From an archaeon (lineage in GTDB: Archaea > Nanobdellota > Nanobdellia > SCGC-AAA011-G17 > GW2011-AR20), in the NCBI GenBank assembly GCA_002687185.1, contig NYZO01000090.1:1-41514 (forward strand): a stretch of DNA of 41,514 nt, given 5' to 3'. A model generated the notes under the pieces. That model had not been told where the DNA came from. It ran no database searches and saw nothing but the letters and a program-made list of their open reading frames with translations. Both the position numbers and the translations under genes were made by a program. Of this stretch, positions 25,499 through 33,147 are shown in pieces (positions within the stretch are counted from its first letter, which is position 1; every line of letters starts with the position of its first letter).

Positions 25499-28400
25499 TC
25501 AATTCTCCTTAAAAACCGGGCCTCCAGGATATCTACTAGGTCCTTTAAACGAACCATCTTCTTCAAATTCGTGGGGAACTGGAGTCAGAGATTCCTCAGG
25601 GGCAATAATACCCTTTGATGCAGCTTGTGGCCATAATTTTCGCCCGGCGTCAGCAAAATCTTCGCCACATTCTGGAGATGCACCTAGACAGGTTTGAAAG
25701 TAAACTTTTCCACCAGGTTTTAGCATTGATCCAAATCCTGCTTGCCTAAACACCCCGGAAAAATCACGCGGAAATACCTGCTTCTCTTCACCCAAAGCTT
25801 TTCCTTGAGCAGGATCCCCTGTCCCAAACGCCATCGATAATTTTTCAGGTTCACCTTCTGGATAGCCTCCATGAGCATTGAAAATGATTGTATCTGCTGG
25901 ATATTTCGCCTCTTGACCATCCCATCCTGTAACTTCTTGCATGAACGTGATTATTTCTTGTTTTGTACTCAGATCATCATACACAACACGGTTTGAACCA
26001 AGTACTGAACTATGTGAATCTATTTCAGAAATTTCTGGATACATTAGATCCTCCATTTGTTGTTGGCCAACAGGCGTTGCGAACGCATCATTATAATCAA
26101 AATCAGGACCTACCACGATTACAAAATCACGATCATCATTACCAATACCTTCCGCATTTACGTTTTTATTATTTTCAACTAATTCTTGTAAAAGCTCAGT
26201 CGTTTTAAATCTGGATACATGGCTAATCCTCTCATTTTTGATTGCATTATGTATTATACTAACCTTATCTGCAATTTCTGGATCCGAAGAGTGCTTAGCG
26301 GTTTCTAGATCATGTAATACATCAAAATCACGAAAATCTTGTTGATTATAAAGCCCACCTATAACATAAAGACCGATATCTTCGAGTTCAGCATCTCCTA
26401 GGTTCGCTATTGCAGTATCTAATGCAGGCTGACCAAAATTCGCAAGAACTTCTAGACCATTCCTTCTCGTTAGTTCATTACCAACATCCATTGCATTAGC
26501 TAGTGGAGGAATAACTTCGTCGTGTGGCAATTTTGTCAGCGCGGTTATGGCTTCTGCTATAACAAACGGCCCTTTATTATCTAAATCTTTAATGATTACA
26601 CTTATCGTATTTGGATTATCAGCCCCGTAATCTCCAAGAAGATGTATTGATACTCGACGAAGATTATGTTCATTGCGAGGGTCAGTTAGTGAATTAATTA
26701 AGCTCTGCACTACTTCTTCTTTATTTTCTCCTTGTAAATGCCTTTCCAAGCTACTAATTATTTCCCCTCGTGATTGTTCATTGTATTCACGGTCAAGATG
26801 ATAAATCAATGTGGTAATCACACTGATGTCATTTAGTCCACCAAGATATTTTATAGCAGAAACCCTTAGCGCTACGTGATCACTTTTTAGCGCACTAACT
26901 ATCGCCCATTTTGCTTCATTCCCACCTATCTTACTCAGTGTATCAAATGCCCTAAATCGTACATTTCCATTAGGACTAGTTAAAAATTCCTTAAACCTTT
27001 GTATAGATTCAAAGTCCTCGAGCTCTCCAAGAGCAAATATTGCATTCGCTTGAACCGATGTCTCTTTATCATCCAATGCCTCTCTCAAAAAAATTAAAGC
27101 TTCCTGTTTTTTTAGTTGACCCAAAGAACGTGCTGCCTCGCTTCGAACAAATGTATCTTCATCTTTCAACATTCCGATCAAAGGTCCGACAACCCTAGGG
27201 TCATCAATCTCGCCAAAAGTTGCAGCAATCACCCGTCTCACATTAGGATGTGTATCCTCTTTTAGTTGATTTAACATAGGTACTATAGCCACCTCACCCA
27301 TTTCTACTAACAGTTCCTCTGCTACTAACCTCGCAAAATTATATTTTGAAGCTCGTAATAACAAGTGGACAATAGTCTGTTTTTCACCATCAGTTGTAGT
27401 TGGATCATAAGCAACATCCACAAGATTATCTAGCCCAACAGACAACCGATTTATTCTTTCTTCTGATAATCCATTTTGATCAAGTTCATCCAAAATTTGA
27501 ATAATTGTTTTATAAGTATCTGCATGAAATTCCCAGCTATGTACTTCTCTTTGAGCTGCATCGATAACATTTTCAGTTTCAGAAGTAGGACCTCCTCCAC
27601 TAGACGATTGCTCAGCATCACTTGAGGATTCATCTTCTATATATGATTCCATTTCATCTCCAGGAATCGCACCAAAAAATGCAGAAAGAAACATCCCCAT
27701 CCAACCCATCCCCATATTTTGTGCAGATAGCCCTGACACTTCCTCAATAGGTTTAAATGATCCGGTTTGTTGCGACGATGGTCTAAATAACGGCCTATAA
27801 GCACCCAATTCCGCCTCAGAAGTTTCCCATTCTTTTCTTACATCATATGTTTTCTTGGATTTCCCAGCTGGCAGAATATTCGATTTTATCTCTGCTGATA
27901 GATCATTAATCGTTCGACGCCTCCCCATTACAGGTTCGGCAGGAGCAAGATCAGAATTCTTCAGATTCCCCCTCATTTGATCAAAAGGCATATATTTTTT
28001 ATGACCTGGCCTCTTTGGATCATCCACTGCGAACCCGTACTCCCTCTTTGATCGCGGTTTATCTCTGGTTTCTGGATCAAGCATAATTTGCCTTCGAACA
28101 TCGTTGCCATTTTCGTCTCTTATCCAAACGTAAATGCTCGTCCCACCAACAATTTCCCCTCCTATTTTTCTATCACCACTTAACACTACCCCATCATGCT
28201 TGAGCGCGTCTTCTCCGTTCATTGAAAGCAAATTACCATTCCTTAAATCAAACAGCCATTCAGCATTCCATGATTGTCTACTTCCTTTACGAATAACACG
28301 AACGAGATTGCTTTTCCCATACGCATAATCTTCAGATAATTCGAGGTCTGTAACTATACCATCAATGGGTAATACATCTACATTTTTGGTTCGGGTTTTC

Positions 28401-29266
28401 AACCATCCTGAAAAAAAAGCACTCAAAACACCATTCTTTTTCGTAGTAGTAAATAAAATTTTGTCTTCTATCGTAGTCCAGTGTGTAAGTCTATCTTGGC
28501 GAATATGAGCTTTAGAATCAATAATTATTTCTACAGTTTCTACTACTGGTTTATTATAATCTTTGTTTAGTAGTCCACCATGCCCTTCCCGATATGTTCG
28601 TTGCTCAATCAGTTTTTGCGGTAATTTATTTGAACCAAAATCACCATAGGCAGAATCTCCGTACGCATTGTCTGTTCCAATAGGCTCATGTATATATGTA
28701 GAAGCCACAGACACCAGATTATCGTTTAGCCTCGCTCCAGGAACAAGTGTTAAAATACCAGCAACATTTTGCTCACACTCCGCTGTGTTACATCTCGTCC
28801 GAGTAAAGATTATTTTCTTCATGACCCTGTCTTGTTCATCTAGATATCTAAATTCAATCTTCTTTGACATATACTTCCCACCATATTTCCAAGAAACACT
28901 ATCAAAGATTGACCAAAGAGGCAGGTTTAGATCCACAGCAATTAATCGACTCGAGTCGTACACGTTCCATCCAGGTGTCCCAGCAATCGGGGGATTAAGC
29001 GCCTTAGGTTCCACTGGCCTTTCTCTTAGTCCAAAGATAACTTCTAGGATGCCATAACCAGTAAGATCTACTTTATTAGCCGAATTCAACACAGGCTCTG
29101 TAACATCCACCCAAATATCTGAGAACAGTTCAAACATAAGTGCAATAGGCGAATTTCTATTAGTTATATTTTTTTTAACTTGAGATTCAGCACTTACAGT
29201 TATAAGAGAGAGTATTAAAAACACACATAGCAGAGAGCTGAAAATGGTTTTAACCTTAGACTTCAT
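25499..29266 (-). CDS. large secreted protein: N-terminal unknown region, HEAT/PBS-lyase-like repeats, C-terminal clan-CD-like cysteine peptidase domain
   Basis: Signal peptide MKSKVKTIFSSLLCVFLILSLITVSA. HEAT-like repeats (DPRVVGPLIGMLKDEDTFVRSEAARSLGQL and others) at roughly 26400-27330. The C-terminus has hydrophobic strand+HG (TIIFNAHGG, His codon 25871-25873) and hydrophobic strand+QxC (KVYFQTCLG, Cys codon 25688-25690). Confidence 0.6.
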   Translation of the reverse strand: MKSKVKTIFSSLLCVFLILSLITVSAESQVKKNITNRNSPIALMFELFSDIWVDVTEPVLNSANKVDLTGYGILEVIFGLRERPVEPKALNPPIAGTPGWNVYDSSRLIAVDLNLPLWSIFDSVSWKYGGKYMSKKIEFRYLDEQDRVMKKIIFTRTRCNTAECEQNVAGILTLVPGARLNDNLVSVASTYIHEPIGTDNAYGDSAYGDFGSNKLPQKLIEQRTYREGHGGLLNKDYNKPVVETVEIIIDSKAHIRQDRLTHWTTIEDKILFTTTKKNGVLSAFFSGWLKTRTKNVDVLPIDGIVTDLELSEDYAYGKSNLVRVIRKGSRQSWNAEWLFDLRNGNLLSMNGEDALKHDGVVLSGDRKIGGEIVGGTSIYVWIRDENGNDVRRQIMLDPETRDKPRSKREYGFAVDDPKRPGHKKYMPFDQMRGNLKNSDLAPAEPVMGRRRTINDLSAEIKSNILPAGKSKKTYDVRKEWETSEAELGAYRPLFRPSSQQTGSFKPIEEVSGLSAQNMGMGWMGMFLSAFFGAIPGDEMESYIEDESSSDAEQSSSGGGPTSETENVIDAAQREVHSWEFHADTYKTIIQILDELDQNGLSEERINRLSVGLDNLVDVAYDPTTTDGEKQTIVHLLLRASKYNFARLVAEELLVEMGEVAIVPMLNQLKEDTHPNVRRVIAATFGEIDDPRVVGPLIGMLKDEDTFVRSEAARSLGQLKKQEALIFLREALDDKETSVQANAIFALGELEDFESIQRFKEFLTSPNGNVRFRAFDTLSKIGGNEAKWAIVSALKSDHVALRVSAIKYLGGLNDISVITTLIYHLDREYNEQSRGEIISSLERHLQGENKEEVVQSLINSLTDPRNEHNLRRVSIHLLGDYGADNPNTISVIIKDLDNKGPFVIAEAITALTKLPHDEVIPPLANAMDVGNELTRRNGLEVLANFGQPALDTAIANLGDAELEDIGLYVIGGLYNQQDFRDFDVLHDLETAKHSSDPEIADKVSIIHNAIKNERISHVSRFKTTELLQELVENNKNVNAEGIGNDDRDFVIVVGPDFDYNDAFATPVGQQQMEDLMYPEISEIDSHSSVLGSNRVVYDDLSTKQEIITFMQEVTGWDGQEAKYPADTIIFNAHGGYPEGEPEKLSMAFGTGDPAQGKALGEEKQVFPRDFSGVFRQAGFGSMLKPGGKVYFQTCLGASPECGEDFADAGRKLWPQAASKGIIAPEESLTPVPHEFEEDGSFKGPSRYPGGPVFKEN

Positions 29267-29515
29267 TAATAAAATCTTTTGTCTGGTATTATATAATCCT
29301 TACTAACTACCCTTTGGTAAAGTAAAACTAAAGGCAGTATAAGTCATAATTTTCGACCAAGTCTATATTCTGAGAAGTACACTTTAGAGCGTAAGAATTA
29401 GGAATTATTTAGGGCCTTGACTCTAATGGTTTTATAAAATCCTTAGTTTTGCCCCCATTCTTTTCGTAGAGATCTGCTGCTCTCAAGTAGTAAGATGATT
29501 ATTTATACTTTAAAC

Positions 29516-29592
29516 CGTGTACTTACCGTAACAAAAAGCGAAGTAGCGTGGGGATCCGACATCGAGTTGCAACCTCCGGCGGGGGCATCCCT
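29516..29592 (+). repeat. 77-nt repeat R1; its 3' part is a degenerate copy of the tRNA-Glu 3' end
   Basis: The core CGTGTACTTACCGTAACAAA (29516-29535) matches R2 at 19/20 positions. 29576-29587 (CCGGCGGGGGCA) is identical to tRNA-Glu 25312-25323. The flanking GAGTTGCAACCT resembles the T arm GGGTTCGAATC. A T5 run follows. Confidence 0.7.
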
Positions 29593-29644
29593 ATTTTTAG
29601 AGGCGATTGACCAAAATTACGGAAAAATCGTCAATTTTTTATAG

Positions 29645-29660
29645 AAAGCTATATAAATTT
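29645..29660 (+). promoter_or_regulatory. BRE/TATA promoter
   Basis: AAAGCTATATAAATTT, centred ~27 nt upstream of the ATG at 29680. Confidence 0.5.
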
Positions 29661-29679
29661 ACAAACTTAAAAAGATAAC

Positions 29680-29853
29680 ATGTTGAAAAATTCTGAACGC
29701 TTTTTTAAGGTATATTCTACCCTACCTATTGAAGAAAGAAAAAATCCCATTATTGTTATAAATAATGAGCCAATTAGTTGGCAACTTGCCCATGAAGAGG
29801 TCAATAACCAGACAAAACGAGGAGAAAAAATCATCAAATTATTAATAGAGTAG
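29680..29853 (+). CDS. small hypothetical protein (57 aa), paralogous to the N-terminal part of the next gene
   Basis: Translated by hand: MLKNSERFFKVYSTLPIEERKNPIIVINNEPISWQLAHEEVNNQTKRGEKIIKLLIE. It is below the ORF-track length cutoff. It shares the pattern EVN-x2-T-x2-G-x-KII with aa ~40-55 of the 170-aa protein. A consensus promoter lies directly upstream. Confidence 0.45.
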   Translation: MLKNSERFFKVYSTLPIEERKNPIIVINNEPISWQLAHEEVNNQTKRGEKIIKLLIE

Positions 29854-29861
29854 GAAATAAT

Positions 29862-30374
29862 ATGAAAAACGAAAATTTAATTAAAAAAATTGTCATTGAA
29901 AGAATTAAAAATATGTCTTCAAATGTAAAAATAGCTTTAGGATCTAAAGGAGAATTTTTAGGCAAAAATGAGTTGCTAAATGAAGTAAATCATGATACAA
30001 TAATTGGGAAAAAAATAATTCAAATTCAACTAAATTATCTTCAAGCACTAAAGGAAGGAACAATATGTAACAAAGGAAACTTAAAGAAACAAATAATTAA
30101 AGAAGAAATGTTTGGAGTTTATTTAGGCAATTTTCCAGCACAAGTATGTAGTGCTTGTAGCGAATCATTTACTGATTCAAAGACAACAAAAAAGATTGAA
30201 GAAATAGCAAAGAAAAAAGGAATATGGGGTCTTGGAGTGAAAACAAAAATTACTAGAACAGGTAACAGCCTTGCTATAAGAATTCCGAAAAAAATTGCCG
30301 ATTACTTAAAACTTAAAGAAGGTAAAGAGGCTTATGTCCATCCAGATGCAGGTAGATTAGTAGTAGAATCTTAA
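29862..30374 (+). CDS. AbrB/SpoVT(MazE)-domain protein (C-terminal), antitoxin/regulator-like
   Basis: The C-terminal TRTGNSLAIRIPKKIADYLKLKEGKEAYVHP is a typical swapped-hairpin AbrB/SpoVT motif. The gene starts 8 nt after the previous stop codon. Confidence 0.6.
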   Translation: MKNENLIKKIVIERIKNMSSNVKIALGSKGEFLGKNELLNEVNHDTIIGKKIIQIQLNYLQALKEGTICNKGNLKKQIIKEEMFGVYLGNFPAQVCSACSESFTDSKTTKKIEEIAKKKGIWGLGVKTKITRTGNSLAIRIPKKIADYLKLKEGKEAYVHPDAGRLVVES

Positions 30375-30418
30375 GATGACCACCTATAAGGGATAATATG
30401 ATAATTTAGACTCTGAAT

Positions 30419-30495
30419 CGTATACTTACCGTAACAAACTGAGAAAAAACGTAGAGTTTTGCACCACGAGTCCAGCGTTCGGTGGAGGCAACCCT
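30419..30495 (+). repeat. 77-nt repeat R2 (paralogue of R1)
   Basis: ~64% ungapped identity to R1 over 77 nt (49/77, counted by hand). The 19/20 core is at 30419-30438, and GGTGGAGGCAACCCT corresponds to GGCGGGGGCATCCCT in R1. Confidence 0.65.
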
Positions 30496-30590
30496 CTCAA
30501 ATTCTAAAGCGCCTATAGATTCTAAAATCCAAGAAAAAATACAAATTAAAGACAGTATTCACCGGATATTAACCTCGCCTTTAAGATAGG

Positions 30591-30603
30591 AAAGCTTAAA
30601 TAG
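30591..30603 (+). promoter_or_regulatory. BRE/TATA promoter
   Basis: AAAGCTTAAATAG, centred ~28 nt upstream of the ATG at 30626. Confidence 0.5.
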
Positions 30604-30620
30604 TTATAACGTGTTATAAC
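30603..30620 (+). promoter_or_regulatory. tandem palindromic 8-mers GTTATAAC-GT-GTTATAAC (candidate operator)
   Basis: Two copies of the self-complementary GTTATAAC (30603-30610 and 30613-30620) lie between the TATA box and the ATG of an AbrB-domain gene. Confidence 0.4.
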
Positions 30621-30625
30621 ACAAT

Positions 30626-31408
30626 ATGCAATTAATAAAAAGAACTATCAAAGTAGGAAATTCAGCAGGAGTACTATTACCCAAACAATACCTTAATTCG
30701 CAAGTGAAAATAACGTTAGAACCGCTAAACATAGAGCGAGATGTAATAGATATATTAATCAAAAAAAAGTTACTCAAAGAAGTCATCGGAGTATATTTAG
30801 TAGGAAGTTATGCAAGAGGTGAACAAACAATAGAAAGTGACGTAGATATACTGGTGATTACAACACATACAGATAAAACAATCAATAAAGAGCCATACGA
30901 CCTAACCTGTGTATCAAAGAAAGAACTAGAAAGACAACTAAAACAAAACGCGCTGCCAATGATTCCAATGATTAAAGAAGCTAAACCAATAATAAATAAA
31001 GAGCTCATTAAACAGTATATCCACTCACCATTAACAAAGAAAAATCTCAAATGGCACCTAGATACAACATTGTCCGTAATACAATTTATAGAAGAAGACC
31101 AAAAAATAGCTTCAAAACTTAAAGAAACCAAAACAAGTGATAGAATTGCTTATTCACTAATACTTCGACTTAGAACAATGCATATCATCGATCGTCTTAG
31201 AAAAAATAAATCCTACACTAAAAAAGAGTTTCTTAAATTTGTTCGTAAAATTTCTGGATCCCTTGAAGCATACCAAGGATATGTCCGATCAAAATCAAAA
31301 AAAAAATCAAAAAAGACCCTACCAATTAATGAAGCCAAAAAAATTGTACAGTACCTAAAAAAAGAAGTAACCAGCATAAGAAAATGGCTAAAAGAGAAAA
31401 AAGGTTGA
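30626..31408 (+). CDS. AbrB-domain / MNT-type nucleotidyltransferase fusion with a helical C-terminal (possibly HEPN-like) domain
   Basis: N-terminal IKVGNSAGVLLPKQYL (AbrB/SpoVT). NTase motif LVGSYARGEQTIESDVDILVIT (GS-x10-DxD). The C-terminal helical region contains an R-x4-H match (RLRTMH). Confidence 0.6.
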   Translation: MQLIKRTIKVGNSAGVLLPKQYLNSQVKITLEPLNIERDVIDILIKKKLLKEVIGVYLVGSYARGEQTIESDVDILVITTHTDKTINKEPYDLTCVSKKELERQLKQNALPMIPMIKEAKPIINKELIKQYIHSPLTKKNLKWHLDTTLSVIQFIEEDQKIASKLKETKTSDRIAYSLILRLRTMHIIDRLRKNKSYTKKEFLKFVRKISGSLEAYQGYVRSKSKKKSKKTLPINEAKKIVQYLKKEVTSIRKWLKEKKG

Positions 31409-31587
31409 AAAAACAGTATGAAGGATTACTTAAACAAATAGAAAAACATAAACAAAAAATAAAAACTTACAAAGGATATAAAGATACAACACACAATTAT
31501 TGGTTAAAAGAGATTGAAGTGTTTGAAAAAATAGCGAAAGAACGTAGCAAATTACTGAAAAAACTGAGGAAAAAGAAAAAATCTTAA
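31384..31587 (+). CDS. small Lys-rich coiled-coil protein
   Basis: 67-aa ORF that overlaps the previous gene by 25 nt. Highly basic. Coding status uncertain. Confidence 0.3.
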   Translation: MAKREKRLKKQYEGLLKQIEKHKQKIKTYKGYKDTTHNYWLKEIEVFEKIAKERSKLLKKLRKKKKS

Positions 31588-31589
31588 AA

Positions 31590-32000
31590 TCAATCAATAA
31601 ACGTCTCTTGACGCTGCCAATCACAAACTTCACGTCTAACCTGACCATTATACCAGACCTCAAAACGTAACGGATCATCAGTTGTTTGAGCTAACTTTAA
31701 CCTGCACACGTCCTCGTCCTCTTGAGACAAGTCACCAATTACTATATCAGGATCAATAAAAAGATCATGATCAAGTGCAACACATTTTACGTCTTTTAAA
31801 TCCTCGTTTGCACTGATGAAAATATTGGCCGAATTGTCAGTGCACTCAGACCAAGTTGAGATTGGAGACGGTCCGAAATTGTTAAAGAAAAAAAGACTGT
31901 TCATAGTAAAAGTCAGCACAGAAAGACCCAATACTAGACAAAACACAATGATTAAAAAATCTTTCATTTTTGATAGAGGATACATGACTACATCCGGCAA
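31590..32000 (-). CDS. small secreted or membrane-anchored hypothetical protein
   Basis: N-terminal hydrophobic segment (FLIIVFCLVLGLSVLTF). The start could instead be the Met at 31967. Confidence 0.4.
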   Translation of the reverse strand: MPDVVMYPLSKMKDFLIIVFCLVLGLSVLTFTMNSLFFFNNFGPSPISTWSECTDNSANIFISANEDLKDVKCVALDHDLFIDPDIVIGDLSQEDEDVCRLKLAQTTDDPLRFEVWYNGQVRREVCDWQRQETFID

Positions 32001-32117
32001 ATACAGAAATTAATAAAACCGTGGAACCATTAGTCTAGACACAACATATAAACTAACTAAAACGTACAAAGTTTTTTATACAAGCACGCCACTAATAAAG
32101 TAAAAGAGGTAGGTGAT

Positions 32118-33146
32118 ATGGCTTCTAAGAAAAAAGTGCGAGTGGCAATTAACGGAGTTGGTAGAATTGGACGAGCAATACTGCGTGCAGGATACAATGA
32201 TCCAAAAATAGAATTTGTAGCAATAAATACCTTATCAGACGTTGAGATTAATTCGCACCTGCTCCAATTCGATTCAGTATACGGTCGATTCCCAGCGCAA
32301 GTCAAAGCTGAGAAAGAATATCTAGTAATTAACGGACATAAAATACGTTTCCTAAATGAAGCAAACCCGGCTAAATTACCGTGGAAGAAACTAAAAATCG
32401 ACGTTGTAATGGAGTGCACTGGCGCGTTCTGTGATAGACGAGGGTCACAAAAACATTTACAAGCAGGCGCTAAAAAAGTGTTACTATCAGCGCCATGCAA
32501 AGGGGAACCGTTCGATTTTAGGGTTGTAAAAGGAGTAAATGATCAAGACTATAATCAAAAAGAACATCACCTAATAGCAAACCAATCATGCACAACAAAC
32601 TGTCTTGCGCCAATCGTTAAAGTGCTAAACGACGCGTTTGAAATAACTAAAGGGTTCATGACCACAGTGCATGCCTATACTGCAGACCAAAATCTGCATG
32701 ACGGACCGCACAAAGATCTAAGACGCGCTCGGGCTGCTGCAATAAACATGCTGCCAACAACAACTGGCGCAAGCAAAGCAGTAGCTGAAATTATACCAGA
32801 ACTTAAAGGGTTACTACACGGGATAGCGATTAGAGTCCCAGTAGCAGTTGGCTCAATTGTTGCGTTCACAGCAGAAGTCAAAGCGCAGACTACAAAAGAC
32901 GGGATCAACCAACTGTTCAAACAAACAGCGAACAAAAAACTCAAAGGGATCCTTGAATATACAGAACTGCCACTAGTTTCAACAGACATAATAGGAAATA
33001 GACACTCTACAATATTTGACGCGAGCTGTACAGACGTGATAAACGCAAACAATGACTGTCTAATAAAAGTGCTCGCATGGTATGATAACGAGTTTGGATA
33101 CGCTTGTCGAATGGTTGAGATGGCCAAACAAATAATGAACTCATAA
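32118..33146 (+). CDS. gap: glyceraldehyde-3-phosphate dehydrogenase, type I (bacterial/eukaryotic type)
   Basis: NAD-binding motif INGVGRIGR, active site SCTTNCLAP, and C-terminal WYDNEFGY. Confidence 0.9.
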   Translation: MASKKKVRVAINGVGRIGRAILRAGYNDPKIEFVAINTLSDVEINSHLLQFDSVYGRFPAQVKAEKEYLVINGHKIRFLNEANPAKLPWKKLKIDVVMECTGAFCDRRGSQKHLQAGAKKVLLSAPCKGEPFDFRVVKGVNDQDYNQKEHHLIANQSCTTNCLAPIVKVLNDAFEITKGFMTTVHAYTADQNLHDGPHKDLRRARAAAINMLPTTTGASKAVAEIIPELKGLLHGIAIRVPVAVGSIVAFTAEVKAQTTKDGINQLFKQTANKKLKGILEYTELPLVSTDIIGNRHSTIFDASCTDVINANNDCLIKVLAWYDNEFGYACRMVEMAKQIMNS

Positions 33147-33147
33147 A

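Noticed and set aside
25419-25697. Plus-strand 92-aa ORF overlapping the 3' end of the 1255-aa gene
   Set aside because: It is antisense to the conserved clan-CD-like domain. It has no TATA element at the right distance and a Ser/Pro-rich composition typical of shadow ORFs.
29516-29592. R1 as the 3' half of a split (Nanoarchaeum-type) tRNA-Glu gene
   Set aside because: The T-arm cannot pair (CGAGT versus TCCGG with loop TGCAACC), and there is no anticodon-stem 3' half. It looks like a decayed copy rather than a functional half-gene.
30395-30445. A box C/D sRNA overlapping R2 (ATGATAA ... CTGA ... CTGA), and one in the 37502-37701 spacer
   Set aside because: The C box is imperfect and the guide spacing (about 8 nt) is too short. 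The CTGA elements are not conserved in the paralogous R1. In the 37.6 kb spacer neither strand has a proper RUGAUGA/CUGA pair.
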